From Eledone cirrhosa (taxonomy: Eukaryota): 58,658 bases of DNA. A program made the position numbers and the translations under genes. The first letter of the stretch is position 1. The number at the start of each line of letters is the position of its first letter. The DNA is taken from the NCBI GenBank assembly GCA_964016885.1, contig CAXHJY010000283.1, positions 1-58,658 of the forward strand. Reading direction: 5' to 3'. This document shows, piece after piece, positions 45,700-58,658 of this stretch. The notes beneath the pieces are model-generated. The model worked only from the letters and a program-made list of their open reading frames with translations, was not told the DNA's origin and made no database searches.

Positions 45700-48600
45700 G
45701 TAGGGATGGGAGAGAGAGGGTGGGAGAAAGAGATAGAGATGGGAGACAGAGGATTGGAGAAAGAGATAGAGATGGGAGAGAGAGGGTGGGAGAAAGAGAT
45801 AGAGATGGGAGAGAGAGGATTGGAGAAAGAGATAGAGATGGGAGAGAGAGGATTGGAGAAAGAGATAGAGATGGGAGAGAGAGGATTGGAGAAAGAGATA
45901 GAGATGGGAGAGAGAGGATTGGAGAAAGAGATAGAGATGGGAGAGAGAGGGTTGGAGAAAGAGATAGAGATGGGAGAGAGAGGATTGGAGAAAGAGATAG
46001 AGATGGGAGAGAGAGGATTGGAGAAAGAGATAGAGATGGGAGAGAGAGGATTGGAGAAAGAGATAGAGATGGGAGAGAGAGGGCTGGAGAAAGAGATAGA
46101 GATGGGAGAGAGAGGATTGGAGAAAGAGATAGAGATGGGAGAGAGAGGATTGGAGAAAGAGATAGAGATGGGAGAGAGAGGATTGGAGAAAGAGATAGAG
46201 ATGAGAGAGAGAGAGGATTAGAGAAAGAGATAGAGATGGGAGAGAGAGGATTGGAGAAAGAGATAGAGATGGGAGAGAGAGGATTGGAGAAAGAGATAGA
46301 GATGGGAGAGAGAGGGTGGGAGAAAGAGATAGAGATGGGAGAGAGAGGATTGGAGAAAGAGATAGAGATGGGAGAGAGAGGGTGGGAGAAGAAGATAGAG
46401 ATCGGAGAGAGAGGATTGGAGAAAGAGATAGAGATGGGAGAGAGAGGGTTGGAGAAAGAGATAGAGATGGGAGAGAGAGGATTGGAGAAAGAGATAGAGA
46501 TGGGAGAGAGAGGGTGGGAGAAAGAGATAGAGATGGGAGAGAGAGGGTGGGAGAAAGAGATAGAGATGGGAGAGAGAGGGTTGGAGAAAGAGATAGAGAT
46601 GGGAGAGAGAGGATTGGAGAAAGAGATAGAGATGGGAGAGAGAGGGTTGGAGAAAGAGATAGAGATGGGAGAGAGAGGATTGGAGAAAGAGATAGAGATG
46701 GGAGAGAGAGGATTGGAGAAAGAGATAGAGATGGGAGAGAGAGGGTGGGAGAAATAGATAGAGATGGGAGAGAGAGGGTGGGAGAAAGAGATAGAGATGG
46801 GAGAGAGAGGATTGGAGAAAGAGATAGAGATGGGAGAGAGAGGATTGGAGAAAGAGATAGAGATGGGAGAGAGAGGGTGGGAGAAAGAGATAGAGATGGG
46901 AGAGAGAGGGTGGGAGAAAGAGATAGAGATGGGAGAGAGAGGGTTGGAGAAAGAGATAGAGATGGGAGAGAGAGGATTGGAGAAAGAGATAGAGATGGGA
47001 GAGAGAGGGTTGGAGAAAGAGATAGAGATGGGAGAGAGAGGATTGGAGAAAGAGATAGAGATGGGAGAGAGAGGATTGGAGAAAGAGATAGAGATGGGAG
47101 AGAGAGGGTGGGAGAAATAGATAGAGATGGGAGAGAGAGGGTGGGAGAAAGAGATAGAGATGGGAGAGAGAGGATTGGAGAAAGAGATAGAGATGGGAGA
47201 GAGAGGATTGGAGAAAGAGATAGAGATGGGAGAGAGAGGGTGGGAGAAAGAGATAGAGATGGGAGAGAGAGGATTGGAGAAAGAGATAGAGATGGGAGAG
47301 AGAGGGTGGCAGAAAGAGATAGAGATGGGAGAGAGAGGATTGGAGAAAGAGATAGAGATGGGAGAGAGGATTGGAGAAGAGATAGAGATGGGAGAGAGAG
47401 GGTGGGAGAAAGAGATAGAGATGGGAGAGAGAGGATTGGAGAAAAAGATAGAGATGGGAGAGAGAGGATTGGAGAAAGAGATAGAGATGGGAGAGAGAGG
47501 GTTGGAGAAAGAGATAGAGATGGGAGAGAGAGGATTGGAGAAAGAGATAGAGATGGGAGAGAGAGGATTGGAGAAAGAGATAGAGATGGGAGAGAGAGGA
47601 TTGGAGAAAGAGATAGAGATGGGAGAGAGAGGGTTGGAGAAAGAGATAGAGATGGGAGAGAGAGGATTGGAGAAAGAGATAGAGATGGGAGAGAGAGGAT
47701 TGGAGAAAGAGATAGAGATGGGAGAGAGAGGATTGGAGAAAGAGATAGAGATGGGAGAGAGAGGATTGGAGAAAGAAATAGAGATGGGAGAGAGAGGGTT
47801 GGAGAAAGAGATAGAGACGGGAGAGAGAGGATTGGAGAAAGAGATAGAGATGGGAGAGAGAGGGTGGGAGAAGAAGAAAGAGATAGAGATGGGAGAGAGA
47901 GTATTGGAGAAAGAGATAGAGATGGGAGAGAGAGGATGGGAGAAAGAGATAGAGATGGGAGAGAGAGGATTGGAGAAAGAGATAGAGATGGGAGAGAGAG
48001 GGTGGGAGAAAGAGATAGAGATGGGAGAGAGAGGATTGGAGAAAGAGATAGAGATGGGAGAGAGAGGATTGGAGAAAGAGATAGAGATGGGAGAGAGAGG
48101 GTTGGAGAAAGAGATAGAGATGGGAGAGAGAGGGTGGGAGAAAGAGATAGAGATGGGAGAGAGAGGGTGGGAGAAAGAGATAGAGATGGGAGAGGGAGGA
48201 TTGGAGAAAGAGATAGAGATGGAAGAGAGAGGATTGGAGAAAGAGATAGAGATGGGAGAGAGAGGATTGGAGAAAGAGATAGAGATGGGAGAGAGAGGAT
48301 TGGAGAAAGAGATAGAGATGGGAGAGAGAGGGTGGGAGAAAGAGATAGAGATGGGAGAAAGAGAATTGGAGAAAGAGATAGAGATGGGAGAGAGAGGATT
48401 GGAGAAAGAGATAGAGATGGGAGAGAGAGGATTGGAGAAAGAGATAGAGATGGGAGAGAGAGGGTGGGAGAAGAAGATAGAGATGGGAGAGAGAGGGTGG
48501 GAGAAGAAGATAGAGATGGGAGAGAGAGGGTGGGAGAAGGAGATAGAGATGGGAGAGAGAGGGTGGGAGAAGAAGATAGAGGTGGGAAAAGAAGATAGAA

Positions 48601-49800
48601 ATGGGAGAGAGAGGATGGGAGAAAGAGATAGAGATGGGAGAGAGAGGGTGGGAGAAGAAGATAGAGATGGGAGAGAGAGGGTGGGAGAAGAAGATAGAGA
48701 TGGGAGAGAGAGGGTGGGAGAAGAAGATAGAGATGGGAGAGAGAGGATGGGAGAAAGAGATAGAGATGGGAGAGAGCGGGTGGGAGAAAGAGATAGAGAT
48801 GGGAGAGAGAGGGTGGGAGAAAGAGATAGAGATGGGAGAGAGAGGGTGGGAGAAAGAGATAGAGATGGGAGAGAGAGGGTGGCAGAAAGAGATAGAGATG
48901 GGAGAGAGAGGATTGGAGAAAGAGATAGAGATGGGAGAGAGAGGATTGGAGAAAGAGATAGAGATGGGAGAGAGAGGATTGGAGAAAGAGATAGAGATGT
49001 GAGAGAGAGGGTGGGAGAAAGAGATAGAGAGGGAGAGAGAGGGTGGGAGAAGAAGATAGAGGTGGGAAAAGAAGATAGAAATGGGAGAGAGAGGATGGGA
49101 GAAAGAGACAGAGATGGGAGAGAGAGGGTGGGAGAAGAAGATAGAGATGAGAGAGAGAGGGTGGGAGAAGAAGATAGAGATGGGAGAGAGAGGGTGGGAG
49201 AAGAAGATAGAGATGGGAGAGAGAGGATGGGAGAAAGAGATAGAGATGGGAGAGAGCGGGTGGGAGAAAGAGATAGAGATGGGAGAGAGAGGGTGGGAGA
49301 AAGAGATAGAGATGGGAGAGAGAGGGTGGGAGAAAGAGATAGAGATGGGAGAGAGAGGATGGGAGAAAGAGATAGAGATGGGAGAGAGCGGGTGGGAGAA
49401 AGAGATAGAGATGGGAGAGAGAGGGTGGGAGAAAGAGATAGAGATGGGAGAGAGAGGGTGGGAGAAAGAGATAGAGATGGGAGAGAGAGGGTGGGAGAAA
49501 GAGATAGAGATGGGAGAGAGAGGAAGGAAGAGAGAGATAGAGATGGGAGAGAGAGGGTGGGAGAAAGAGATAGAGATGGGAGAGAGAGGGTGGGAGAAGA
49601 AGATAGAGATGGGAGAGAGAGGGTGGGAGAAAGAGATAGAGATGGGAGAGAGAGGGTGGGAGAAAGAGATAGAGATGGGAGAGAGAGAAGAAAGAGAGAG
49701 ATAGAGATGGGAGAGAGAGGGTGGGAGAAAGAGATAGAGATGGGAGAGAGAGGGTGGGAGAAAGAGATAGAGATGGGAGAGAGAGGAAGGAAGAGAGAGA
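45700..49800. repeat. 33-bp purine-rich minisatellite, ~120 copies
   Basis: Unit ggagaaagagatagagatgggagagagagg(att/gtg/gtt). Confidence 0.95.
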
Positions 49801-50315
49801 ACTACAATTACCAGCAAGAAATTCTAGTTGAAATGAAAGCATTGTTCCATTTTCACTGCTGCCCCTCTCTCACTCTTTCTCTCTCTCACACTTTCTCTCT
49901 CTCACTGACTGTCTCTCTCTCGCTCTCTGACTTTCTCCCTCTCTCACTGATTATCTCTCTCTCACTCTCTGTACCTCTATCCCTCTGACTTTCTCACTCT
50001 ATTTCTCTCTCTTTCTCTGACTTTCTCACTCTCTCTCCCTCTTTATCTCTCACATACTCTCTCTCTGTCTTTATCTCTCACTGACTATCTCTCACTCACT
50101 CTCTCTCTTTCTAATTATCTCTCTCGCTCTGCCTTTCTCATTCTCTATCTATCTCTCCATCTCTCTCTCCCTTATTAACACTAGTTTCATTTCTTATCTT
50201 TTCTTATTGCTAATGTTGTTCTAGTAGTGTTTTGTTCTGTAGTGGGATGGCTATCTTTGTTAACTCTGTCTACTTAACCGACCTACCTGTCTATGTCTAT
50301 ATTTCGACCTGTCCA

Positions 50316-50317
<2 letters not shown>

Positions 50318-50368
<51 letters not shown>

Positions 50369-51357
50369 ATATATATATATATATATACACATACATATAT
50401 ATATATATATACACATACATATATATATATATATACACATACATATATATATACATATACATATATATATATACACATACATATATATATACCTACATAT
50501 ACACATATATATATATATATACATACATATACACATACATATATATATACATACATATACACATACATATATATATATACATACATATACATATATATAT
50601 ATATATACATACATATACATATATATATATACATACATATACACATACATATATATATATATATATACATACATATACACATACATATATATATATATAT
50701 ATACATACATATACACATACATATATATATATATATACATACATATACACAGGTTGTACTGGGATACATGTTACCAGTAGCACCAAGTGGTGACCTGACA
50801 TAACATATACATATATATATATATATACATACATATACATATATATATATACATACATATACATATATATATATATATACATACATATACATATATATAT
50901 ATATACACATACATATACACATACATATATATATATATACATACATATACATATATATATATATATATATAATAAAAATAGGAACGATCGACTTTCGTCA
51001 AATTGGACCGAGGGAACAATGTTTCCGTTGGTCTTTCCAATTGCTAATACAATCTATCGGTCGCAACTCCAGGTAGAAGGAGCAACGTGAAATAAAGTGT
51101 CTTGCTCAAGGACATAACGCATCGCCTGGTCCAGGAATTGAACTCACAACCTTACGATTGCGAATCCAATTCTCTAACCACTCAGCCACACGCCTTCATA
51201 CATATACATATATATATATATATATACATACATATACACATACATATATATACATATATACATACATATACATATATATATATATATACATACATATACA
51301 TATATATATATATACGTATACATACATATAGATATATATATATATACATATACATAC

Positions 51358-51415
<58 letters not shown>

Positions 51416-51651
51416 ACATACATATACATATATATATACATATACATATATATACATACATATACATATATACATACATATACATATATACATACATATA
51501 CATATATACATACATATACATATATACATACATATACATATATATATACATATATATACATATATACATATATATACATACATATACATATATATATATA
51601 CATATACATATATATATATATACATACATATACATATATATATACATATAC

Positions 51652-51683
<32 letters not shown>

Positions 51684-51866
51684 ATATATATATATATACA
51701 TATATATATACATATATATATACATATACATATATATATATATATATACATACACATATATATATATATATATATACATACATATACATATATATATATA
51801 TACATACATATACATATATATATATATACATACATATACATATATATATATATACATACATATACG

Positions 51867-51898
<32 letters not shown>

Positions 51899-51917
51899 CA
51901 TATATATATACATATAC

Positions 51918-51951
<34 letters not shown>

Positions 51952-51957
51952 ATATAC

Positions 51958-52004
<47 letters not shown>

Positions 52005-52239
52005 CATATACATATATATATATATATACATACATATACATATATATATATACACATACATATACATATATACATACATATACATATATACATACATATA
52101 TACACATATATATATATATATACATATACATATACATATATATACATACATATATATACATACACATATATACATACACATATATACATACACATATATA
52201 CATACATATACATATATACATACATATACATACATATAC

Positions 52240-52272
<33 letters not shown>

Positions 52273-52311
52273 CATACATACATACACACGCACACATACA
52301 TACATACATAC

Positions 52312-52365
<54 letters not shown>
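50318..52365. repeat. (TA)n/(TACA)n compound microsatellite
   Basis: Direct reading; interrupted by a SINE. Confidence 0.9.
50983..51197 (-). mobile_element. Full-length SINE family S1
   Basis: Reverse complement of 44236-44452, A box TGGCTGAGTGG. Confidence 0.85.
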
Positions 52366-52367
<2 letters not shown>

Positions 52368-52915
52368 GTCTATCTCTCTATTTTTCTATCTGTATCTATC
52401 TCCCTATCTATGTAAATATTTTTCCATATATTTACCTGTCTATCTCTATCTTTCTACTATCTCCCTACCTATCTATCTATTTCTCCATCTATTTACCTAT
52501 TTACCTACCCGTCTCCCTATTTACCAACCTAACTATCTATATACCTACTTAATTATCTATACCTGTATGCCTATCTACTTACATACATATCTAACTATAT
52601 AATTTATCTACTAATTTCCCAACCTGCCATACCTATGTATATAACTACCTGTATATCAACCTATCTGTCTATCTATTTTAACCACCTATATATCTATCTA
52701 TCTATCTGGTTGATCAACCCATCTATCGACGTACCTCACCACTTAGCCCTTCCATGCTCTTAACGAAGTCTCTCTGGTGCAAGTATTCAAACAAAGTATC
52801 CACCCAGTTCAGGATACCTCCCCAAATACCTCCCACCAATTTCGGAATCCCTGAAAAGGGTCATGGGTACAGAATAGATACGTGTCCTTAATTACACTTA
52901 CAATAACGTACATGC

Positions 52916-52977
<62 letters not shown>

Positions 52978-52981
<4 letters not shown>

Positions 52982-53142
52982 TTCTATCAGGACTAGAACT
53001 GTTTCATTCGAAGGAAATCATCAGGAAAGCCCTGGGTTTTCTGATGATATACTAGGTTTTCCTGATAAATACTTATACTCTGCTATGTATTGAGTACCTT
53101 ACTTACTGTGGTTATCCCCGATTGAACCCGGGATACACATTT
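52978..53142. mobile_element. Fold-back family F, opposite orientation, partly deleted
   Basis: Matches 25258-25445; adjoins (TA)n; a third fragment lies near 40975-41020. Confidence 0.7.
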
Positions 53143-53156
53143 TCTATCTATCTATC

Positions 53157-54133
53157 TCACACTGAGTGTGCCCAGGCGCTCACCGCCCTCTGGCAGGCGG
53201 ATCCGGTTATCAGTGGAGACTCCACCGCAACATTCTATAGAGGGCTGGTACGCAGCAGGTGCGACGACGCCCTCGGAGAAGCCCTAGACATGGAGGAGGA
53301 CGAACTGGCCAGCCTTTTCGGTAGGACATTCAGCCCGGGACCTATGGACAACTTCCAGAAGTCCCTGGCCTGGCAGTGCTACCGAGGGGCTTTACCCGTT
53401 CGAGAAAGGCTCTACAGACACGGGCGCCCGGGTAGGGACCCCGCCAAAAAGATCTGTCCCAGATGCGTGTGCGACGAGGAAACCGTTGCACACGCATTAG
53501 TACACTGCTCGGGCGTAGCCGATCTGTGGGGCTATGTCGAACAACTGCTGTCAAGGGTGGGACCGATCCGGTTGACCACCGAGTCTATTGTAATGATCAA
53601 GCCGCCTCCCCCCTTCAAAGATGAAGCAGAGGCGGTGTTTCTGTGCGTAATAGCCATGGCGAAAGAGGTTGTATGGTGGACGCGTCTGAAAGGACTGAGG
53701 TCGGGCACCTTTCTCTCTGGCCAACAACTGGTCCGTTTCTTCCGATATCATTTCGGAAGAAGGATCAGGATGGAGAGAGAGGTGCTGCACCCCAGCCGTT
53801 TCTATGAAAGATGGGTGAAAGTGGCGAGAATGGCCCGTGTGAATGGGCCTTCACTCTACATCAGACTATAGGTGAGGAAGATGAAAGACCAAGGGAGCAC
53901 CCCTTCTCTGTGCTCCTGAGGAGAAGGGTTGCACACTTTTTTCGGGGGTGTGTGCGACCCCCCAAGGCGCCTCCTCTCTATTGAGGATTTTGTTAAAAAT
54001 TTTATTTTTTGTTATATCTTATTTTATTTTTATATTTTGTTATTGCCTCCTCCTTATTGAGGACGCCTTTTTGTGTAAACTCCCCCCTTTGTACTTGTCC
54101 CACTTTTGATGCCCTAGTGGCAAATAAAAGAAA
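53157..54133 (+). mobile_element. 5'-truncated Tx1/L1-type LINE: zf-RVT C-terminus plus 3' UTR
   Basis: Open frame to stop 53871: KSLAWQCYRGALPVRERL...CPRC...EETVAHALVHC (CCHC); ends aataaaagaaa; (TATC)-like repeats at both junctions. Confidence 0.85.
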
Positions 54134-54168
54134 TATATCTATATCTATATATATATATATATATATAT

Positions 54169-54386
54169 ATTAAAATAACAGATTAAAGTTTAAGCAAAGA
54201 GTCGCTCCTTTCACCCGTAACGGGAGCTTCAGAAGATCCCGTTACGGGTGAAAGGAGCGACTCTTTGCTTAAACTTTAATCCGTTATTTTAATAAATATT
54301 TGCTCTACGGTTCTTATATATTTGATATATATTTATCCTTATCGAGCCCTCTTTGGATTTTAGTCTTCAAATTTATTATTATTACT
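54169..54386. mobile_element. Fold-back family E
   Basis: 62 bp arms 54169-54230 and 54232-54293 (2 mismatches), 1-nt apex inside a C-N-GAAGA core, then cccg(tta)cggg-t-GAAA-G...C-UC; tail to 54386. Confidence 0.8.
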
Positions 54387-54411
54387 ATATATATTATTAC
54401 TATATATGTGT

Positions 54412-54570
<159 letters not shown>

Positions 54571-54867
54571 CTATTTTTCTATCAATTTATATACCTTTCC
54601 CATCTACTTTCCTCTCTATCTACAGGTGTATTTATTCTCCGCGCTATTGCTACAGCTACCTGCGTCCGTCATCACCAACAACAATTACACACCTTTACTC
54701 CCCACTCAACTGTCCCACTCTCACAGCAGAAGTCAATATAGTAGCGGTACAAGACAGAGAATGGAGACACATCTGTGAGCCAGTGGCTGGAGTGCGTTGA
54801 CGAGAGAATTCATGCTAATCATTTGAGAGGGGGCCATTTATATTGTTTTATTTTTTAATATCCGTCT

Positions 54868-55385
54868 GTAGCAGCAGTACCGTCCCAGGTGTGTGAGCAG
54901 TCAATACTCCACTGTGGGTCTAGGTTATTGGTGTGTAAAGAGCAGCAGCACTGTCCCAGGTCTGTGAGTAGTCAGTACACTGCTGTGGGCCTAGGATATT
55001 AGTGTGTACAAAGCATCAGCAGCAGTATTGTCCCAGGTGTATGAGCAGTCATTACTCCACTGTGGGTCTAGGATACTGGTGTGTACAGAACAGCAGTATT
55101 GTCCCAGATGTTGGAGTAGTACTCTAATGTAGGTATAGGACGTCTGTATGTGTGTTACAAGCACCGTCCAAGATGTGGGACCAGCTGTCCATTTTCAGTA
55201 CTGGGTGGCTGTCTGTGTAGGAACACTTTCCCATATGCTGGAGCAGTACTCCATTGTGGAGGTTGGATGTTTATATGAGTTGCAAAAGCAGAGTGGAAGA
55301 TATGAGGTGAATTCAGGATGTTTGTATGTATAGTAAAGCTATCCCAAATGTGGAAGCAACCAGTAACGTGAATCTAGGACCAAAC
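54868..55385. repeat. Degenerate ~70 bp minisatellite (relics to ~56260)
   Basis: agcagtaytgtcccag...gagcagt...actcca.tgtgggtctagga recurs. Confidence 0.7.
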
Positions 55386-55819
55386 TGGATGATATTAATC
55401 TCCCAGAGGTCAATGGGACTACCTAATAAGTCGATGGGACACCCAGGTGTCGACGGAAATACTCAGGGAGTCGTTTGAACTCTGGGACGAAAACCTGACA
55501 TTTGTATAAGAAATAACAATACATCAAATAATACAATAAAGCACAACTTGTTTATACTTGTTTCTGGTTTCTATATAATTAGCTTTATTGTCTATTTATT
55601 ATATATGTATTTACCTATTTAGATTTGTATATATACCTGAGTCGATGAACGAGACTGATTCTGTGAAAGAGACGATGTTTTACAGATTTTGAGGATCCCT
55701 GTTCTAGAAGGTATGTATGTGTAGCAACTGCATCGTCCCAGATGTAAAGTACAGCCACTACACCCTTGTAGGTCTAGAATATCTCTTAAAAAGTTGCAAT
55801 ACTGCAATACTGAGTTATA

Positions 55820-55968
55820 TGTTGGCAGAATCGTTAGAACGTCGGATAGAATGCTTTATGGTATTTGTTTCGGATCTCTGCTCTCTGAGTTCAAATCCCA
55901 CCGACATCAAATTTGCTTTTCATCCTTTCGAAGTCGATAAAAAAAAAGTACCAGTCTACTACTGGGGT
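55820..55968 (+). mobile_element. SINE family S2, diverged copy
   Basis: ctgagttcaaatcccaccga...tttgcttttcatcctttcg..gtcgataaaa...gtaccagt. Confidence 0.65.
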
Positions 55969-56804
55969 AGATTCTTCCTCTCTCTGGAAGCAATCTGTTG
56001 TACTCAGGCCTGGAGAGAATTGGGTTCCGCCATGCTTAAAATGCCCAAGAAACGCCGTATATCAATACGGTGCCCCTACGACTATCAGGAATTACGGGAC
56101 CAATACTGTTATACGGGTTTGGGATATCTCTATGTATAGCAATAGAACCTTTCCAGATTTTGGAGCAGTACTATGATGTGGTTCTAGGATGTCTGTTTGT
56201 ACAACAGCAACATCACTGTCCCAGATGGGGAAGCAGCCAATACACCTCTGTAGGTCTCAACTGAGCTCTTCTAAAGGGATATTAGTTGTTGAGGGCTGAA
56301 ATATATTCTGCTTCTAAAGAGGAAGGTCAGTCTTTGTGATTACAGTCTTGGCTATAGGAAGAGAATGTGTGTTAATCAGGAAAGATCTTTAATGAGGAAG
56401 AAGAACCCTAGCATTTATACCTACCTTGAAGTTTATAGTTGTGAATATTTCGAAAATACTCTCTCCCATTGGAAAGTACAAAAGGACGAACGATAGTGCT
56501 GACGTTGGTGATGATGATGTTAGTGGTAGTGTTGTTTCTGTTGCTGGTGGTGGTGGTGTTAACATTGATGATGACAATGATAATGGTGATGTTATTAATG
56601 ATTATGTCGATAGTGACGTAGGTTATATTGATATTGATTATGATGGTGATGATGGTGATGACGATGACAACGGTAGTGGGAGTGGTCAAGAAGATCGTGG
56701 TGGTCGTCGTTCTGGTAGTGATGGTGAGGTGTAGTAGTGGTGATGCTAATGATGACAAGGAAGATATTAATGTATTATGAAGAAGTAAGTGAGTTCCCAA
56801 GTCT

Positions 56805-58090
56805 TATGAAGTACGTCCGAAACCCGTGATATAAATGCAGGTATATGAAGTACGTCCGAAACGTGTGATATCAATGCAGGTATATGAAGTACGTCCGAAA
56901 CCCGTGATATCAATGCAGGTATATGAAGTACGTCCGAAACGTGTGATATCAATGCAGGTATATGAAGTACGTCCGAAACCCGTGATATCAATGCAGGTAT
57001 ATGAAGTACGTCCGAAACCCGCGATATCAATGCAGGTATATGAAGTACGTCCGAAACCCGTGATATCAATGCAGGTATATGAAGTACGTCCGAAACCCGT
57101 GATATCAATGCAGGTATATGAAGTACGTCCGAAACCCGCGATATCAATGCAGGTATATGAAGTACGTCCGAAACCCGTGATATCAATGCAGGTATATGAA
57201 GTACGTCCGAAACCCGTGATATCAATGCAGGTATATGAAGTACGTCCGAAACCCGCGATATCAATGCAGGTATATGAAGTACGTCCGAAACCCGTGATAT
57301 CAATGCAGGTATATGAAGTACGTCCGAAACCCGTGATATCAATGCAGGTATATGAAGTACGTCCGAAACGTGTGATATCAATGCAGGTATATGAAGTACG
57401 TCCGAAACCCGTGATATCAATGCAGGTATATGAAGTACGTCCGAAACGTGTGATATCAATGCAGGTATATGAAGTACGTCCGAAACCCGTGATATCAATG
57501 CAGGTATATGAAGTACGTCCGAAACGTGTGATATCAATGCAGGTATATGAAGTACGTCCGAAACCCGTGATATCAATGCAGGTATATGAAGTACGTCCGA
57601 AACCCGCGATATCAATGCAGGTATATGAAGTACGTCCGAAACCCGTGATATCAATGCAGGTATATGAAGTACGTCCGAAACCCGTGATATCAATGCAGGT
57701 ATATGAAGTACGTCCGAAACGTGTGATATCAATGCAGGTATATGAAGTACGTCCGAAACCCGTGATATCAATGCAGGTATATGAAGTACGTCCGAAACGT
57801 GTGATATCAATGCAGGTATATGAAGTACGTCCGAAACCCGTGATATCAATGCAGGTATATGAAGTACGTCCGAAACCCGCGATATCAATGCAGGTATATG
57901 AAGTACGTCCGAAACCCGCGATATCAATGCATGTATATGAAGTACGTCCGAAACCCGTGATATCAATGCAGGTATATGAAGTACGTCCGAAACCCGCGAT
58001 ATCAATGCAGGTATATGAAGTACGTCCGTAACGTGTGATATCAATGCAGGTATATGAAGTACGTCCGTAACGTGTGATATTAATGCATGT
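56805..58090. repeat. Homogeneous 39-bp minisatellite, ~33 copies
   Basis: Unit atgcaggtatatgaagtacgtccgaaac(ccgt/ccgc/gtgt)gatatca. Confidence 0.95.
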
Positions 58091-58185
58091 AACGTTCCTC
58101 TTCAACAGTTGTGTGCTGACGACTGTGGGGTAGAGATGCAATGGAATGGATGAGATACTATGGAGAAAGGACAGTGTAGAGAGGT

Positions 58186-58552
58186 GATAGTGTGGTGACT
58201 TTGATGTTGATAGTGTGGTGACTGTGATGTTGATAGTGTGGTGACTGATGTTGATAGTGTGGAGACTGTGATGTTTATAGTGTGGTGACTGTGATGTTGA
58301 TAGTGTAGAGACTGTGATGTTGATAGTGTAGAGACTGTGATGTTTATAGTGTGGTGACTGTGATGTTGATAGTGTGGTGACTGTGATGTTGATAGTGTGG
58401 TGACTGATGTTGATAGTGTGGTGACTGTGATGTTGATAGTGTAGAGACTGTGATGTTTATAGTGTGGTGACTGTGATGTTGATAGTGTGGAGATTGTGTT
58501 GTTCATAGTGTGGTAACTGATGTTGATAGTGTGGTGACTGATGTTGATAGTG
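58186..58552. repeat. ~21-23 bp minisatellite
   Basis: gatagtgtggtgactgtgatgtt variants. Confidence 0.85.
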
Positions 58553-58658
58553 GCTTGGGCACAACATGGATGAAGCGAGAGTAAGATATATGTAAGGAGA
58601 GATTGTCTGGCTATAGGTAGGTTCAGAGGTGCACAGGCCAGTATGATGGATGCTCCGT

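Noticed and set aside
45169-49988. 1557, 1199 and 953 aa repetitive ORFs
   Set aside because: 33-bp unit open in several frames on both strands
53122-53156. Start of the 249 aa ORF as an intact gene
   Set aside because: The N-terminus derives from the family F tail and the (TATC)n junction; the LINE is 5'-truncated
56805-58090. CRISPR array or repetitive protein (GAAAC-containing repeat)
   Set aside because: No unique spacers, no cas genes, eukaryotic context, and open in three frames simply because the unit is 39 bp

Overview
AT-rich, repeat-saturated eukaryotic non-coding DNA. The microsatellite and SINE content suggests a cephalopod (Octopus-like) genome, which is an inference. No host protein-coding gene is supported, and nearly all long ORFs are by-products of (TA)n, (CA)n, trinucleotide or 33/39-bp tandem repeats. 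The complex DNA is mostly retroelement debris: degenerate Penelope-like elements (PLEs; RT plus C-terminal GIY-YIG), Tx1/L1-type LINE 3' ends sitting in (TATC)n, RTE and CRE-like LINE fragments, two tRNA-type SINE families and a TA-flanked MITE. The most notable signal is a set of at least five families of 80-360 bp non-coding fold-back (hairpin) inserts in (TA)n tracts. Each has one arm extended by a roughly 55-95 nt tail, and each carries a complete or half type-I hammerhead ribozyme (HHR) motif at or near the hairpin apex. A GIY-YIG-bearing fragment with an intact HHR and the same asymmetric inversion (6069-6777) links this architecture to PLEs. All folds and translations were read by eye and none were computed or database-checked.
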